From Paraspadella gotoi (Eukaryota > Animalia > Chaetognatha): a DNA stretch of 64,000 nt. This document shows, piece after piece, positions 61,710 through 64,000 of this stretch. The stretch spans positions 17,284,265 through 17,348,264 of the forward strand of contig CM119269.1 in NCBI GenBank assembly GCA_051294375.1, given 5' to 3'. The notes below the pieces were generated by a model that had not been told where the DNA came from, did not search any database, and saw only the letters and a list, made by a program, of their open reading frames with translations. Position 1 is the first letter of the stretch. Each line of letters opens with the position of its first letter. The translations under genes and the position numbers were made by a program.

Positions 61710-63883
61710 TCAAAAAAAAATTATCGATAGGAAATGAGGGCGCCGCCATGATGACATGTGCCGATGCGTCTGCAGTTTGCCGAAAACTACGTGTTCTTAA
61801 GAACAGTTAATCAAATAATGTATTCCCGATATATTTTATGATCCTGTTTTTTGAATAATTTATATCATATGTTAGGGCGTCACCGAGCCATTTAATTTCT
61901 TACATTTCACTAAGTCTTTAAGATTTTAAAAATGGATCACTTACCCACTGCAGTGCGACTGACAATAGATCGAGCTGTAAGGACTCTTCGAAGCTCGAAA
62001 GGTGTGACTAAAACAAAAGTCAAAATGTAAACGGACTAAATCCTCCGTAAAACTAAAAGAAGCTAAACTGAAGTGAAGTGAAGATTAAGAATGAGAAATT
62101 GGGTAACTTTAGTTTAGTAGTCTTTACTTAGATTCCTCCATAAATTTTTAAATTTGTCAGAACGTTTTTCTCTTTTTTTTCCATATTTTTTTGACAAGCT
62201 AAACGTTTCTCTGATTACGCAAAATTTCATGAAAGAAATAAAAAAATAATTGTGTTATGACTTACGTCTCGAATAGATGGAAAAGAAACCTCGTTTAAAA
62301 ATTCGATCAGGAAGTGGGGTAACTAAGGCTTACCAATGACATCCTCCACGCCGATCGTTCTCTTAAATAATATTATATATATATATAATATTTATATATA
62401 TATTATATTTTATATATATTATATATATTTTATATATAATATTTTTAATACATTTGAAAAGGAATAAAAGAAAATTCGGAATGCAGGTTGCAGAAAGGGT
62501 ACAGCTAATCTGGACAAACTGACATAATAATCATCACCTATTTGTCTTGTAAAATGGGGGTTTACTATTCGACATCTGTAACAACCTTAGCTACTACCAG
62601 TCGGTGCTTTAATCCATTGAAATTCAATTTGAATTTTGTTTTCCCTCTACTCTAGCGTCGAGTCTCAGTTTACGAAATAATAATATTATAATAATAATAT
62701 TATTAGTATACATTTTTTTGTTCAGTAATATGAATTTTATAATAAATAATAATTGTTTTAAATTGATTTTAACTGCTATTTTTTATGTTTGAGGTAGAAA
62801 ATGAAAATGTTTATGTACGAGTTTTATAAAGAAACATAAATTTCAGCTTCAATGTAAGCTTTCATCAGCGAAAAAACAGATTTGTGAAACAAATATTTCT
62901 CTCTTCAAACTACAAAATGTGTGAAAATATTTGTTTCACAAATCAATTTATGAGCTGATGAAGGTTTACAATGAAGCCGAAACAAGTCCGAAATTTATGT
63001 TTCTTAATAAAAACGGTTACCAATTGGGTTCAGGTTAGGGATTAAGGGTAGTTAGGATTAAGGGTGGTTAGGGATTGGTAATAAAAAGTTTTTTTATCCT
63101 TACAATATCCTTTTTTTATTTTTGCGTAGCGAGATTTATATAAATTGCTCATAAGAAGCGAAAAAAAAAAAACCGACCGCAAAATCCCGGTCGGCGAATG
63201 TAAAAGTGAGCCGAAAAATTAATAATGCTGTGCATATTAGTATTATTACAATTTAATGCTAAGAGAGTTTTTGATTTTTTTTAAATTAAATATTTAACAA
63301 AGTTTGGAAATGTTTTCGTCAACGATTTTTTATTAGTATACGGACATGTTTCGACTCTTCATTTCGAGTCTTCATCAGCAGTAATAAGAAGACTCGAAAT
63401 GAAGAGTCGAAACATGTCCGTATACTAATAAAAAATCGTTGACGAAAACATTTCCAAACTTTGTTAAATCTCTATACTCAACGAAGCCGAAAGGATTAAC
63501 ACAATGGTTAAATTAAATAAAAATAAATAAATAAATAAATTTTTTTTATTCAATTAAATCAAAATATTAATAATTTTAAAAATATGATTAATATTTGATT
63601 ATTATAATACTTTTAATAGAGTTAACAGTTTTAAATGTAAAATGTATAATAACTTTTCTATCATCTTATATTATAAGTTGTGAACTATGTAATTTAAGGT
63701 TTGTTTCTCTGCAACTAAATCTTTTCTACTTGTTGATCTGCATTACCCTAAGGTTATGTGACAAACAGCCTCGGGTTCTCGTGTCGAGAAGTTGACTCCA
63801 AAAACAGAGTGGCAACCCTGAAGGCCAATTGGACTTCGTGCATCCTCAAGCTCCACACGATTCATGCCCCGAAGGCGCCCCCT
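61710..63883 (-). CDS. Putative 3' part of an unidentified multi-exon gene with micro-exons
   Basis: A phase-compatible chain of AG/GT-bounded segments (63883-63747, small exons at ~62580-62265, 62007-61946, terminal exon to TGA at 61710) stays open, but no protein family is recognised. Confidence 0.35.
62768..63018. mobile_element. Second hammerhead-bearing foldback element
   Basis: Homologous to 47966-48254; CTGATGAAGG..GCCGAAACAAGTC at 62955-62988 and inverted TTCATCAGC at ~62861. Confidence 0.65.
63292..63469. repeat. Perfect 82-bp inverted repeat containing a minus-strand hammerhead motif
   Basis: Arms 63292-63373 and 63388-63469 with a 14-nt spacer; the minus strand reads CTGATGAAGACTC-GAAATGAA-GAGTCGAAACATGTC. 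Confidence 0.85.
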
Positions 63884-64000
63884 CTGTTAGACTATCAATG
63901 ACATCAAGAGTCTTAGTTAAAAAGTGTGAAGGCATTTCGGAATTGACATTTTTATGCATTATACATTTTTTCAAAAATATAGAAAATATCCGCACTGAGA

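Overview
Gene-dense window of a compact invertebrate animal nuclear genome, with GC-rich exons, AT-rich mostly short introns and TE-filled long introns. All gene models were spliced by eye, and family assignments are from recalled motifs, not searches. Eight consecutive + strand genes (SLC25A46, LARP6, a kinase-less ankyrin-ROC/COR DAPK-like gene, UBE2W, ubiquilin, DPH5, SLMAP, a HORMAD with PHD finger) are followed by gremlin (-), a divergent non-alpha nAChR-like Cys-loop subunit with an anion-type M2 entrance (+), RPRD2 (-), SYS1 (-) and the probable 3' end of an unidentified gene (-). Introns carry Helentron-like (HINE/DINE-type) elements, MITEs, a satellite foldback element with a 6-bp TSD, SINE/LINE remnants and Penelope-type minimal hammerhead motifs in inverted arrangement. 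The most notable candidate is a pair of miniature LTR-like (TRIM-like) elements (41480-42320 and 59544-60175) whose terminal repeats contain a degenerate twister-ribozyme-like core, i.e. possible animal LTR retrozymes. Also notable are an apparent excess of GC donors and AAG acceptors, and operon-like gene packing.
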